From NCBI GenBank assembly GCA_043770175.1, contig JAYVIO010000332.1:2213-66212 (forward strand): DNA of 64,000 nucleotides. The letters are read 5' to 3'. Positions 17,280 to 26,826 of this stretch are shown piece after piece. Numbering within the stretch: position 1 is the first letter of the stretch; each line of letters begins with the position of its first letter. A model generated the notes under the pieces. It saw only the letters and a program-made list of their open reading frames with translations. It had not been told where the DNA came from and ran no database searches. Both the position numbers and the translations under genes were made by a program. This DNA is from Verrucomicrobiales bacterium. Lineage in GTDB: Bacteria > Verrucomicrobiota > Verrucomicrobiia > Verrucomicrobiales > Verrucomicrobiaceae.

Positions 17280-17656
17280 AAGGCAGAGATGAGGCGGTTT
17301 AGGGGGCGATGGCGGGGCAGGATGCGGAGGGGTTAATTCCGCGTGGCAACAACAGCGGTGAGGTCAGGCGGCCAGCCCAGCCTCACACACAATGATTGCG
17401 AAAATGAAACAGCCGGAGACCGGGGATGAACCCGTTCTCAGGCCGAAAAAATGGAGTACAGCAGCCGACACACCGCGAGCAACCCCGGAACCGCAGCGCT
17501 GGCTGCGGAAGTTCAGGAGGTCACGGACGGATGCGGGCATGCGATGAAACGAAACTAACGGGGGATTGGACTGGACTAACTTGAGAGACTCTGGGCCACG
17601 TGGCGCTGGCTGGTGAAAGCGCACGCCACGCGGCAAAGAGCAGGAGGAACGTGAGA

Positions 17657-18037
17657 TTACTTGATCGTAACTTTGGCGCCGGCGGCTTCCATCTTCTTCT
17701 TGATTTCTTCCGCCTCTTCCTTCTTGACGCCTTCCTTGAGGGTCTGCGGAGCGCTCTCGACGAGCTTCTTCGCTTCAGCAAGGCCAAGGCCGGGGACCAC
17801 GCCGCGGACTTCCTTGATGACGCCAATCTTGTTGGCACCGGCTTCGGTCAGGATGACGTCGAACTCGGTCTTCTCTTCAACAGGAGCAGCAGCGGCACCA
17901 CCGCCACCGGCGGCAGCAGCGGCCACGGGAGCAGCAGCGCTCACGCCCCACTTCGTTTCGAGGGATTTTACGAGTTCAGCGACTTCCATGACGGTCAAGC
18001 CACTCAGTTCTTCAACGATTTTATTCAGGTCAGCCAT
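17657..18037 (-). CDS. rplL: 50S ribosomal protein L7/L12
   Basis: [22 protein letters not shown]; canonical position. Confidence 0.98.
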   Translation of the reverse strand: MADLNKIVEELSGLTVMEVAELVKSLETKWGVSAAAPVAAAAAGGGGAAAAPVEEKTEFDVILTEAGANKIGVIKEVRGVVPGLGLAEAKKLVESAPQTLKEGVKKEEAEEIKKKMEAAGAKVTIK

Positions 18038-18172
18038 ATTAGTGTGTCGGTGTCGCCGAGCTCCGAAGCTTCGGATGATTTAAGAGCAAAAGCTTTTGCT
18101 CCGGCGAGGAACCATTGGGTGTTTAGGTATTCAGGCCGTGTGACGGGCCATCTGGTCAAATTGGGGGTGGGT

Positions 18173-18742
18173 TTAGGCTGCAACAGTTTCAGCAGGTGCA
18201 GCTTCAGGAGCGGTTTCGACGGGCGCAGCTTCGGCAGGGACCGCAGCGGCTTCAGCCGGAGCGGATTCCAGGTCGGCCTTGGCTTTGAGCACGCGGGCAA
18301 GTGCCGAAGCAGGAGCCTGCAACACGCCGAGGAGCTGCGAGAGGAGCGCTTCGCGGGAGGGCAGATCAGCGAGAACCTTGACGGCGCTGGCATCAAGCAG
18401 CTTGCCGTCAAGCACGCCGACTTTCATCACCGGCTTCTCGAATTCAGCAGCGAAGTTCTTCATGACCTTTGCGGTGGCGCAAACGTCCTTGGCGCCGGTG
18501 ACGTAGGCGCTCTGGCCGGTCAGGTGCGTGCTCAAATCACCCGGGTAGCCGGCCTTTTCAGCGGCCTTTTTCACCAAGTTGTTTTTGAAGACGTGGATCT
18601 CCGCGCTGACAGCGCTGAGGCGCTTGCGCAGTTCGGCGAATTTATCGACCTTAAGGCCGGTGTAATCGACGACGAAGAGGAACGGGGAGGCATTGACCCG
18701 GCGCAGCAGGTCATCAATGAGCAATGTCTTTTCAGCTTTCAT
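18173..18742 (-). CDS. rplJ: 50S ribosomal protein L10 (Ala/Glu/Pro-rich C-terminal tail)
   Basis: VVDYTGL, VFKNNL, LPSREALLSQLLG; canonical position. Confidence 0.97.
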   Translation of the reverse strand: MKAEKTLLIDDLLRRVNASPFLFVVDYTGLKVDKFAELRKRLSAVSAEIHVFKNNLVKKAAEKAGYPGDLSTHLTGQSAYVTGAKDVCATAKVMKNFAAEFEKPVMKVGVLDGKLLDASAVKVLADLPSREALLSQLLGVLQAPASALARVLKAKADLESAPAEAAAVPAEAAPVETAPEAAPAETVAA

Positions 18743-18760
18743 GTGTCGGTGCTGCGTGGA

Positions 18761-19459
18761 TTAGAGTTTGATGTACTTCGACACGTCGATGCGGAGCGCA
18801 GGCGACATGGTGGCGGCGAGTGTCATGGTTTCGACATAACGACCACGAGCGGAGGCGGGTTTGGCACGCACGACGGCTTCGATGAGCGAGGTAGCGTTTT
18901 CGGCGATCTGGCTCACTTCGAAAGAGGCTTTACCGACGGAGGAGGCGATGTTGCCATTCTTGTCGAGCTTGAAGTCAGCGCGACCAGCCTTCACGGCCTT
19001 AACGGCAGCGGCGGTGTCTTCAGTGACGGTGCCGGTACGCGGATTGGGCATCAAACCGCGTGGGCCGAGCTGTTTACCGAGTTTGCGAACTTCATTCATC
19101 GCAGCCGGAGTGGCGATGGCGACGTCGAAGTCGGTGAAACCTTCCTTCACCTTGGCGATGAGGTCCTCGTTGCCGACGATGTCAGCGCCGGCGGCCTTGG
19201 CGGCATCAGCGGCAGCGCCTTGGGCGAACACGGCGACACGCACGGTCTTGCCGGAGCCATGGGGCAGCGGGCAGGTGCCGCGCACCATCTGGTCGCTCTT
19301 CTTCGGATCGACACCCATGCGGAACGACAGGGTGACGGTCTGGTTGAACTTCGTGCCGGGGAGTTTGCGCAGGAGGTCGGCCGCTTCTTCAAGCGTGAAG
19401 ACCTTGCCTGCCGGAACCATCTCGGCGGCTTTCTTGTAACGTTTGCTTCTCTTTTGCAT
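18761..19459 (-). CDS. rplA: 50S ribosomal protein L1
   Basis: VRGTCPLPHGSGK, LGPRGLMPNP; start trimmed to the ATG at 19459. Confidence 0.98.
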   Translation of the reverse strand: MQKRSKRYKKAAEMVPAGKVFTLEEAADLLRKLPGTKFNQTVTLSFRMGVDPKKSDQMVRGTCPLPHGSGKTVRVAVFAQGAAADAAKAAGADIVGNEDLIAKVKEGFTDFDVAIATPAAMNEVRKLGKQLGPRGLMPNPRTGTVTEDTAAAVKAVKAGRADFKLDKNGNIASSVGKASFEVSQIAENATSLIEAVVRAKPASARGRYVETMTLAATMSPALRIDVSKYIKL

Positions 19460-19511
19460 GGTGTGTGTGCAGTGGTGGCGAACTGTGACGTTCTCCTGCT
19501 TGGGTTGGGGA

Positions 19512-19937
19512 TTAGTCGGCGATTTCGATGCCCATCTGACGTGCGGTGCCGGCCATGATGCGGGAGGCACGTTCGAGGTCAGTGGTGTTGAGGTCGGCCA
19601 GCTTGAGCTTGGTCGCTTCGAGGAGCTGGGCCTTGGTGATCTTGGCAACTTTCTTCTTGCTGGCCTCGCCGGAGCCGGAGGCGATGTTCGCCACCTTTTT
19701 CAGGAGGTTGGAAGCAGGCGGCTGTTTGGTGATGAAGGTGAAGCTCTTGTCCTTGTAAACGGTGATGACAGTGGGCAGCACGTCACCGCCGGCTTTCGCG
19801 GTGGCAGCATTGAATTCCTTGCAGAAAGCCATGATGTTCACACCGGCCTGACCGAGAGCAGGGCCAATGGGCGGTGCGGGGTTGGCGGCTCCAGCCTTGA
19901 TCTGAAGCTTGATGAGTTTGATGATTTCCTTGGCCAT
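19512..19937 (-). CDS. rplK: 50S ribosomal protein L11
   Basis: [26 protein letters not shown]. Confidence 0.99.
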   Translation of the reverse strand: MAKEIIKLIKLQIKAGAANPAPPIGPALGQAGVNIMAFCKEFNAATAKAGGDVLPTVITVYKDKSFTFITKQPPASNLLKKVANIASGSGEASKKKVAKITKAQLLEATKLKLADLNTTDLERASRIMAGTARQMGIEIAD

Positions 19938-19992
19938 GTGTTTGTGTTCCTTGCTTGCTTGGGATGAAAATGAGTGAGTGAGTCAGGCGGCT

Positions 19993-20562
19993 TTATGCCT
20001 TTTCCACCTGCCAGTATTCGAGATCGACCGGAGTGGAGCGACCGAAGATGTTGACGGAAACGCGCAGCACGCCGCGCACCGGATCGATTTCCTCGACGAT
20101 GCCGTTCTGGCTCTCGAAGGGACCGTCGGCCACACGCACCGTGTCGCCGAGATTGAAAGCGATCTTCGGCACAGCGCCTTCAGATTTGTCGCCCACCTGG
20201 GAGAGCATCGCCTCGACCTCTTTGGCACGCATTGCGATGGGGTGATCCTTGGCACCGGCGAAATTGAGGACGCCGTCGGTTTCCTTGACGAAATACCAGG
20301 TTTTATCGACGAGGCGGTTGTGTTCGTCGAGCAGGTGGCAGTTGGCGATGACGTAGCCGGGGAAGAACTTGCGGTTGCTCTCGGAGCGCTTGCCTTTCTT
20401 CACTTCGGCCACGCGTTCCATGGGAACGAGCACCTGGAAGACATAGTCCCCCATCTCCTCCGTTTCGATACGGCGGAGCATGCTGTCACGGACCTTCATT
20501 TCAAGGCCGGAGCGGACGTGGATGACGAACCACTGATCGCGGGGTGCAGGGATGGCTCCCAT
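19993..20562 (-). CDS. nusG: Transcription termination/antitermination factor NusG
   Basis: WFVIHV, KFFPGYV and KOW motif VRVADGPF; start trimmed to the ATG at 20562. Confidence 0.97.
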   Translation of the reverse strand: MGAIPAPRDQWFVIHVRSGLEMKVRDSMLRRIETEEMGDYVFQVLVPMERVAEVKKGKRSESNRKFFPGYVIANCHLLDEHNRLVDKTWYFVKETDGVLNFAGAKDHPIAMRAKEVEAMLSQVGDKSEGAVPKIAFNLGDTVRVADGPFESQNGIVEEIDPVRGVLRVSVNIFGRSTPVDLEYWQVEKA

Positions 20563-20600
20563 AAGGTTTCGGGGGGAAGAGGGGTTGGGAAAATGGAAGA

Positions 20601-20819
20601 CTACATGCCCAGCTTCTGCGCGGCCTCGAAGGCCCACTTGAAGCTGATGTCGAACGCGGCCACGAAGGCTCCGAGCAGGATCATCGCGATGAAGACCACC
20701 ACGGTGGATTCATTCAGTTCGCGGTATTTGGCGAAGCCCTTTTCCTTGGAATCCCACGGCCAGGTGGCCTTCTTGAGTTCGAGGATGACTTCGCTGATGT
20801 ATTTGCGGATGCGGCTCAT
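20601..20819 (-). CDS. secE: Preprotein translocase subunit SecE
   Basis: ELKKATWP plus a single TM helix; located between tRNA-Trp and nusG. Confidence 0.93.
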   Translation of the reverse strand: MSRIRKYISEVILELKKATWPWDSKEKGFAKYRELNESTVVVFIAMILLGAFVAAFDISFKWAFEAAQKLGM

Positions 20820-20863
20820 GTGAAGCGTTGCGACTTTCTGGGATATGTTCTCGGGATGTTCGC

Positions 20864-20939
20864 TGGCAGGCCAGGAGGGACTCGAACCCACAACCAACGG
20901 TTTTGGAGACCGCTACTCTACCAATTGAGCTACTGACCT
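20864..20939 (-). tRNA. tRNA-Trp (CCA)
   Basis: 76 nt AGGTCAG...CTGGCCTG-CCA, anticodon loop CTCCAAA, T-loop GTTCGAG, encoded CCA end. Confidence 0.97.
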
Positions 20940-21030
20940 GTGTGAGCGAAAACGCTTCCCGAAATGGATAACAATGGATGACGGTTTGGCAAGTCGCGGT
21001 CTCCTTCGCCCCGGTTGGGAGACGAAACCA

Positions 21031-21059
21031 CCGCCGGGTCTGTGCGCCAGACCCGGCGG
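21031..21059 (-). terminator. Stem-loop after tuf (terminator or processing site)
   Basis: Perfect 12-bp stem ccgccgggtctg/cagacccggcgg; only a weak U-tract. Confidence 0.5.
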
Positions 21060-21087
21060 GGTTCGAGACAAACGAACTGCGCGAACT

Positions 21088-22272
21088 TTAGTCGAGGATG
21101 GTGGCGACACGGCCAGCACCGACGGTCTTGCCGCCCTCGCGGATGGCGAAGCGGATGGTCTTTTCCATGGCGATCGGGGTGATCAGCTCGACTTCGATCG
21201 AGACGTTGTCACCAGGCATCACCATTTCAACACCTTCAGGAAGCTTCACGCTGCCGGTCACGTCCGTGGTGCGGAAGTAGAACTGCGGGCGGTAGTTGTT
21301 GAAGAACGGCGTGTGGCGGCCGCCTTCATCCTTGGAAAGCACATACACCTCGGCGGTGAACTTCTTATGAGGAGTCACAGAGCCGGGCTTGGCGATGACC
21401 TGACCGCGCTCGATGTCGGTCTTCTTCGTACCACGAAGGAGGAGGCCGACGTTGTCGCCCGCACGACCTTCGTCGAGCAGCTTGCGGAACATTTCGATGT
21501 CGGTGACGGTGGTCTTGGCGGTCGGGCGGATGCCGATGATTTCGACTTCGCCCATCTTCTTGATGATGCCACGCTCGATACGACCGGTGCAGACGGTACC
21601 ACGACCTTCGATGGCGAACACGTCTTCCACAGGCATGAGGAAGTCTTTGTCGATCGGGCGCTCTGGCAGCGGGATGTAGCTGTCCACGGCGTCCATGAGC
21701 TTGAGGATGTTGGCTTCATGCACAGGATCGCCTTCGAGTGCCTTGAGCGCGGAACCCTTCACGATCGGGATTTCGTCACCTGGGAAGTCATACTTGGAAA
21801 GGAGGTCGCGCACTTCCATCTCGACGAGGTCGAGAAGTTCGGCGTCGTCCACCATGTCCACTTTGTTCATGAACACCACGAGGGCTGGCACACCGACCTG
21901 ACGGGCGAGCAGGATGTGCTCACGGGTCTGGGGCATTGGGCCGTCAGCGGCGGAAACCACAAGAATGCCACCGTCCATCTGGGCGGCACCGGTGATCATG
22001 TTCTTCACATAGTCAGCGTGTCCGGGACAATCGACGTGCGCATAGTGGCGCTTCTCGGTTTCATACTCCACGTGAGCCGTGTTGATGGTGATGCCGCGCT
22101 CTTTTTCTTCAGGAGCCGCGTCGATCTGATCATAAGCCTTCGCCTGGGCGAAGCCCTTCTTCGAAAGGACGGTCGTGATTGCTGCGGTGAGGGTGGTCTT
22201 GCCGTGGTCAACGTGGCCGATCGTGCCGATGTTGACGTGCGGCTTGTTGCGTTGGAATGCTTCTTTGGCCAT
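21088..22272 (-). CDS. tuf: Elongation factor Tu
   Basis: [24 protein letters not shown]; 394 aa from the ATG at 22272. Confidence 0.99.
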   Translation of the reverse strand: MAKEAFQRNKPHVNIGTIGHVDHGKTTLTAAITTVLSKKGFAQAKAYDQIDAAPEEKERGITINTAHVEYETEKRHYAHVDCPGHADYVKNMITGAAQMDGGILVVSAADGPMPQTREHILLARQVGVPALVVFMNKVDMVDDAELLDLVEMEVRDLLSKYDFPGDEIPIVKGSALKALEGDPVHEANILKLMDAVDSYIPLPERPIDKDFLMPVEDVFAIEGRGTVCTGRIERGIIKKMGEVEIIGIRPTAKTTVTDIEMFRKLLDEGRAGDNVGLLLRGTKKTDIERGQVIAKPGSVTPHKKFTAEVYVLSKDEGGRHTPFFNNYRPQFYFRTTDVTGSVKLPEGVEMVMPGDNVSIEVELITPIAMEKTIRFAIREGGKTVGAGRVATILD

Positions 22273-22347
22273 GGGTGGAGTTAGTTGAGGGGGTGCGCTT
22301 GGGAATGGTTCGTTTGTCGTGTTTCGAAGATCCCCACAGTTCGCCAC

Positions 22348-22422
22348 TGGAGCTGTTAGAGGGACTTGAACCCTCGACCTCGTCCTTACCAAGGACGTGC
22401 TCTACCACTGAGCTATAACAGC
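22348..22422 (-). tRNA. tRNA-Thr (GGT)
   Basis: 75 nt GCTGTTA...TAACAGCT-CCA, anticodon loop CTTGGTAAG. Confidence 0.97.
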
Positions 22423-22545
22423 AAACCGGCGGCAGTCTCGTGAGAGACCTCCTCCTCTTTCGACAATAAAACCGGGGAATGCAAATCTCTCAGACAGATG
22501 TCTGAAGACAGTACGCCCCGGCTTTTTTACCGAAAAAGTGGCGCG

Positions 22546-22573
22546 AAAGTAGGACGCTCGGCATCTCTGTCAA
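22546..22573 (-). promoter_or_regulatory. Sigma70 promoter of the tRNA-Thr–tuf operon
   Basis: Minus strand TTGACA-N16-TACTTT followed by a GC-rich discriminator CGCGCC. Confidence 0.65.
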
Positions 22574-22719
22574 AGATTATTTCCAATCTTTCCGAAAGAC
22601 CCAAAAGCACTCCTGCGTGGCACTCATAGCCCCCCCTCGCCCTGCTACAGCAACATTTTAGGCTTGGCTTGGCGGCGGCGGCTTCATAACCTCACGACGC
22701 AATCACTTCGCCACATATC

Positions 22720-23166
22720 ATGAAAACACTGTTCCTGACCACCCTCGCCCTGCTCGCAACCGCCACCACCATCCTCGCCAAGACCGGCTGGGATGACGAC
22801 TTTGAAAAATCCCTCACCAAGGCCAAGGAGGAAAAGAAAATGGTGCTGCTCGACTTCACCGGCTCCGACTGGTGCGGCTATTGCATCAAGCTGGATGACG
22901 AGGTCTTTTCCAAAGCCCCTTTCAAAAAATTTGCCAAAGAAAACCTCGTGCTGGTGGAACTGGACTTCCCCCGTAGCAAAGCCCTGCCCAAGAAGACCAA
23001 GGCGCAGAATGATGCCCTCAACGCCAAGTTCAACGTGAACGGCTACCCCACCATCGTCCTGCTCGACAGCGAAGGCAAAGAGGCCGCCCGCTGGGTCGGT
23101 TATGACCCGGAACTGCTCTCCAAGCTCAAGGAAAAAGTCGGCACACCCAAAACTGAGGCCAAATAA
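22720..23166 (+). CDS. Exported thioredoxin-family protein (WCGYC)
   Basis: Signal peptide; LLDFTGSDWCGYC and GYPT (cis-Pro loop). Confidence 0.9.
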   Translation: MKTLFLTTLALLATATTILAKTGWDDDFEKSLTKAKEEKKMVLLDFTGSDWCGYCIKLDDEVFSKAPFKKFAKENLVLVELDFPRSKALPKKTKAQNDALNAKFNVNGYPTIVLLDSEGKEAARWVGYDPELLSKLKEKVGTPKTEAK

Positions 23167-23187
23167 TCCCCACTCGTCCCCACCACC

Positions 23188-23613
23188 ATGAAAACACTCG
23201 TTCTCGCCACGCTCGCTCTCCTCACCACCTGCGCTCTCGCCGAACCCAAGGCCGGCTGGAGCGAGGATTACAAAGGCTCTCTCTCCAAAGCGAAGGAGGA
23301 AAAGAAAAAAGTACTCCTCGACTTCACCGGCTCCGACTGGTGCGGCTGGTGCATCAAGCTCGACAAGGAAGTCTTCTCCACGGACGAGTTCAAAAAGCTG
23401 GCCGAAAAGGAACTGGTGCTCGTCGAGCTGGACTACCCGCGCAGCAAGCCACTGCCAGAGGAATTGAAGAAACAGAACGCCGAATTGAAGGGCAAATTCG
23501 CCATCAACGGCTACCCCACCATCATCCTGGTCAGTTCCAGCGGCAGAGAACTCAAGCGCTGGGTCGGCTACAGCGCCAGCATGCTAACTGAGCTGAAAAA
23601 AGAAGCCCGCTAA
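23188..23613 (+). CDS. Exported thioredoxin-family protein (WCGWC), tandem paralogue
   Basis: Signal peptide; LLDFTGSDWCGWC, GYPT. Confidence 0.9.
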   Translation: MKTLVLATLALLTTCALAEPKAGWSEDYKGSLSKAKEEKKKVLLDFTGSDWCGWCIKLDKEVFSTDEFKKLAEKELVLVELDYPRSKPLPEELKKQNAELKGKFAINGYPTIILVSSSGRELKRWVGYSASMLTELKKEAR

Positions 23614-23635
23614 CCCGCCCGACTTGCCCACGACG

Positions 23636-24988
23636 ATGCGCTGGTGCCTCTTATCCTGCATGGCGGTCGTTTTTGCCACCGCATGCCTGCATGCGGCGGA
23701 TGAAACCGAGGCGCAGCTCAAAACCATCGTGCGGGCGGCACGCATCGGTAATCAAGAGGCCCTCACGCTGCTGAAAGTCCTGCCCGCCACCAAATTGGCG
23801 GGTGAGGCCGTGCTCAGCATCGTCAGTGACAAAAAAGTTGGCACCGGCATCAAGCTGCGCCTCGCAGAAATCGTCGCCGCCTGGCCTGCGGGAGAAGGCC
23901 GCAAGGCGCTGGCCGACTGGCTGGTCAAACATCCGTCATGCAGTGACGATGAACTCATGTTCTTCGCTGGCATCGGCCTGCTGGAGGCGCGCACCTTCTT
24001 CTGGAACATGCTCACTCAGATCAAAGGCCCGCTCACCGCCGTGCGCGATCCCGAGCACGTGGCTCTCGCCGCCAAAGCACTCGGTGCCTTCCCGGACAAT
24101 CCTGAAGTCGTCGTCACCCGCATCGCCTCCATGCTCGATCCCGCCTGCGCCCACGTCATGCGTGCCTGCGCGGCGGAAGCCCTCGGCGGCATGCAGAACG
24201 TCAAGGCCATCGAGGCGCTCCTGCCGCATCTAGGCGATGACGCCATCGGTGACATCGCCCAGTGCGCGCTCTATCGCCTCACCGGCCAGGGCTTTGCGAC
24301 GGATGTGGACAAGTGGAAAGCCTGGCTCGTCGAGCAAGGCGCGACCGTCGCGTGGAAAAAACTCACCCGCACTGACTTTGCGAACTATCTAAAGACGCAG
24401 AAGCTCCTCATGCCGCTGGATGATCCCGCCATGAACAACATGGGCTCGTTCTACGGCATGGAGTTCAAAGCCAAAGGCGCGCTGTTCATCCTCGATGTCA
24501 GCGGCAGCATGACGCAGGACGACCGCATCGGCAGGCTCAAGGCGCAGATGGGCAACCTCCTCACCGCCATGCAAAACATGCCGGACAAGCTGCGCTACGG
24601 CATCATCACATTCGGCGAGAACATCGACTCCTGCTTCCCGGCCCGCGGCATCGAGACCAACACCGAAAAAAACCACAAGCAGGCTGAGCGCTTCGTCGAG
24701 CGCATCCAGGCCGACGGTGGCACCCCGATGTGCGAGGCGCTGACCCATGCGCTGACCAAAATGCTGCCCGACGGCAACCTCGACGCCATCTACTTCCTCA
24801 GCGACGGCCAGCCCAGCGACGGCACGCCACAATACGTGCTGGAACTCGCCACCCGCATCCACACCAAATTCCAGACCCGCATTCACACCATCAGCATTGG
24901 CGAAGAACCTGCTCAAAACCTCGACCAGCCCTCGCTCCTCAATCAAATCGCCAACGCCTGCGGCGGCACCTTCACCCTTCCACCATGA
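23636..24988 (+). CDS. Exported HEAT-repeat + von Willebrand A domain protein
   Basis: HEAT-like segments (CAAEALGG, ALYRLTGQ), then VWA MIDAS elements FILDVSGSM, GGT and FLSDG. Confidence 0.8.
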   Translation: MRWCLLSCMAVVFATACLHAADETEAQLKTIVRAARIGNQEALTLLKVLPATKLAGEAVLSIVSDKKVGTGIKLRLAEIVAAWPAGEGRKALADWLVKHPSCSDDELMFFAGIGLLEARTFFWNMLTQIKGPLTAVRDPEHVALAAKALGAFPDNPEVVVTRIASMLDPACAHVMRACAAEALGGMQNVKAIEALLPHLGDDAIGDIAQCALYRLTGQGFATDVDKWKAWLVEQGATVAWKKLTRTDFANYLKTQKLLMPLDDPAMNNMGSFYGMEFKAKGALFILDVSGSMTQDDRIGRLKAQMGNLLTAMQNMPDKLRYGIITFGENIDSCFPARGIETNTEKNHKQAERFVERIQADGGTPMCEALTHALTKMLPDGNLDAIYFLSDGQPSDGTPQYVLELATRIHTKFQTRIHTISIGEEPAQNLDQPSLLNQIANACGGTFTLPP

Positions 24989-25881
24989 AAACACGTCGCG
25001 ACATCCTCCGCTCGGCGCTCTGCACCGCACCCGCCGTCCTCACCGGCTGCATCCTGCCCGATTTGCAGGAAGTCCGCCGCACCGGCCTCATCTCCCAATC
25101 CACCTCGACCAGCGGCGCCCCCTTCCTTGTCTCTGGCAGACGAGCCGCTGCCTTGCGCGAATACAACCAGCGCTTCCTGGTTTCGGGAGCCACCTTCCGC
25201 TTTTCCGCCAAACCCGCCTTCGGCATGGCCTGGACCGCCGAACTCGAACGCGGCTACGCCAGCATCAAGCGTGACCCGCGTCTCGGTTATGCCGTCAAAA
25301 ATCTCAGCACCGGCGCCTACCTTGCCGAATACCAGGCAGACCGCGTACTTGTTGGCGCTTCCATGCCCAAGCCCGCCGTCTCCGCCGTGCTGCTGGAGTC
25401 GAAACAGGGCAACCTCAGCCGCGAAGAATTCCAGCACATCATCAATGCCTGCGACCTCAGCATCAACGCCTCCTGGCACGCCATGCTTGGCCGTTTCAGC
25501 GCTGCCGATGAACAGTACTTCGAGCAGAAATACCACCTCCCCGACGTGCCCATCCGCGCCAACGGCCAGTCACCCCGCTTCTACGCCGAGTTCTTCGAGC
25601 GCCTTGTGAACTACAAGCTCGACTACGGCTGCGAGATGCTCCTCGAAGCCACTCGCCGCAATCAATTCGGCCGTGGCCGCTGGTATCTCCCCGCCGAGAT
25701 CACCCAGGTCGGCGGCAAGACCGGCACCGACGGCCCCTACAAGCACGAAGGCCTCTGGTTCTACTATCGCGGCACCCCGTATGCGATTGTGATGTACAGC
25801 GACGGCCACTTCGGCCGCCACGAAAGCTTCTGGCGCATCGGGGCTGTCTTCGGCGGCCTGTTCCGCGAATACATCGCGTGA
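24985..25881 (+). CDS. Tat-type lipoprotein, serine beta-lactamase/PBP-like hydrolase
   Basis: ATG at 24985 overlaps the upstream stop; TRRDIL...LTGC signal; SxxK (SMPK), SxN (SIN) and KTG motifs in order. Confidence 0.7.
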   Translation: MKTRRDILRSALCTAPAVLTGCILPDLQEVRRTGLISQSTSTSGAPFLVSGRRAAALREYNQRFLVSGATFRFSAKPAFGMAWTAELERGYASIKRDPRLGYAVKNLSTGAYLAEYQADRVLVGASMPKPAVSAVLLESKQGNLSREEFQHIINACDLSINASWHAMLGRFSAADEQYFEQKYHLPDVPIRANGQSPRFYAEFFERLVNYKLDYGCEMLLEATRRNQFGRGRWYLPAEITQVGGKTGTDGPYKHEGLWFYYRGTPYAIVMYSDGHFGRHESFWRIGAVFGGLFREYIA

Positions 25882-25887
25882 TTCCGC

Positions 25888-26826
25888 ATGCTTCCTGCCC
25901 GCACCATCTTCATCGTCGGACCGACCGCTTCCGGTAAATCCGCGCTCGCCCTTGCCCTGGCGGAGCAGATTGGCGGTGAGATCGTCAATGCGGACGCCTT
26001 TCAGCTCTATGCCGGGATGGACCTCCTGACAGCGAAACCTGCCGCCGCCGAGCTGGCCCGCGTGCCGCATCATCTTTACGGCGTGCTGCCGCTCACGGAA
26101 TCCTGCGATGCGCAGCGTTATCACTCGCTCGCGCTACCGGTGATCGAGGACATTGCGGCACGTGGTCGTGTTCCTATTGTCGTCGGCGGCTCGGGGCTGT
26201 ACCTCAAGGCGCTCACGCACGGCCTGTCTCCCCTGCCCGCCGCCTCACCGGCCTTGCGTGAGCATTTCAAGCATCTCAGCGCCGGGGAAAAAATCGTCTG
26301 GCTGCTCCAGCGCGATCCCGAGGCCGCCACCACCGTGAACCTGCGCAATCCGCGCTATGTCGAGCGTGCACTGGAAATCTGCCTGCTCGCCGGACGAGCG
26401 CAGTCCGGCCTGCGGCGTTCGTTTGCGGCCCAAGAACCGCAGGTGAACGGCATCATCCTCGACTGGAACCGCGAAACGCTCTACGCCCGCATCAATCAGC
26501 GCACCCTGACCATGTTTGAGGCCGGCTTGATCGCCGAAGTCGCCGCACTGGGCGAACTCTCGCCCACCGCCGAGAAAGCCATCGGCATTCGCGAAGTGCG
26601 CGAGCATCTCGCCGGACGCGTGAACCTGGAAGACACCATCGCCGCCATCCAGCAGGCCACGCGGCGTTACGCCAAGCGCCAGATCACCTGGTTTAGGCGC
26701 GAACGCTGCTTCCAAACGATTTGCCTCGATTCCGTTCCGACAGCAGAGTACGCGCTCTCCCGCATTCTCGAACTCTTTCCATGCCTCCGCCCGTCCAGCC
26801 AGTCCGCCCCGTCTTCGTCAACCTAG
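25888..26826 (+). CDS. miaA: tRNA dimethylallyltransferase
   Basis: GPTASGKS, VGGSGLYL, TRRYAKRQITWF. Confidence 0.96.
   Translation: MLPARTIFIVGPTASGKSALALALAEQIGGEIVNADAFQLYAGMDLLTAKPAAAELARVPHHLYGVLPLTESCDAQRYHSLALPVIEDIAARGRVPIVVGGSGLYLKALTHGLSPLPAASPALREHFKHLSAGEKIVWLLQRDPEAATTVNLRNPRYVERALEICLLAGRAQSGLRRSFAAQEPQVNGIILDWNRETLYARINQRTLTMFEAGLIAEVAALGELSPTAEKAIGIREVREHLAGRVNLEDTIAAIQQATRRYAKRQITWFRRERCFQTICLDSVPTAEYALSRILELFPCLRPSSQSAPSSST

Noticed and set aside
22423-22720. Expected tRNA-Tyr/tRNA-Gly upstream of tRNA-Thr
   Set aside because: No cloverleaf, T-loop or CCA end found on either strand.
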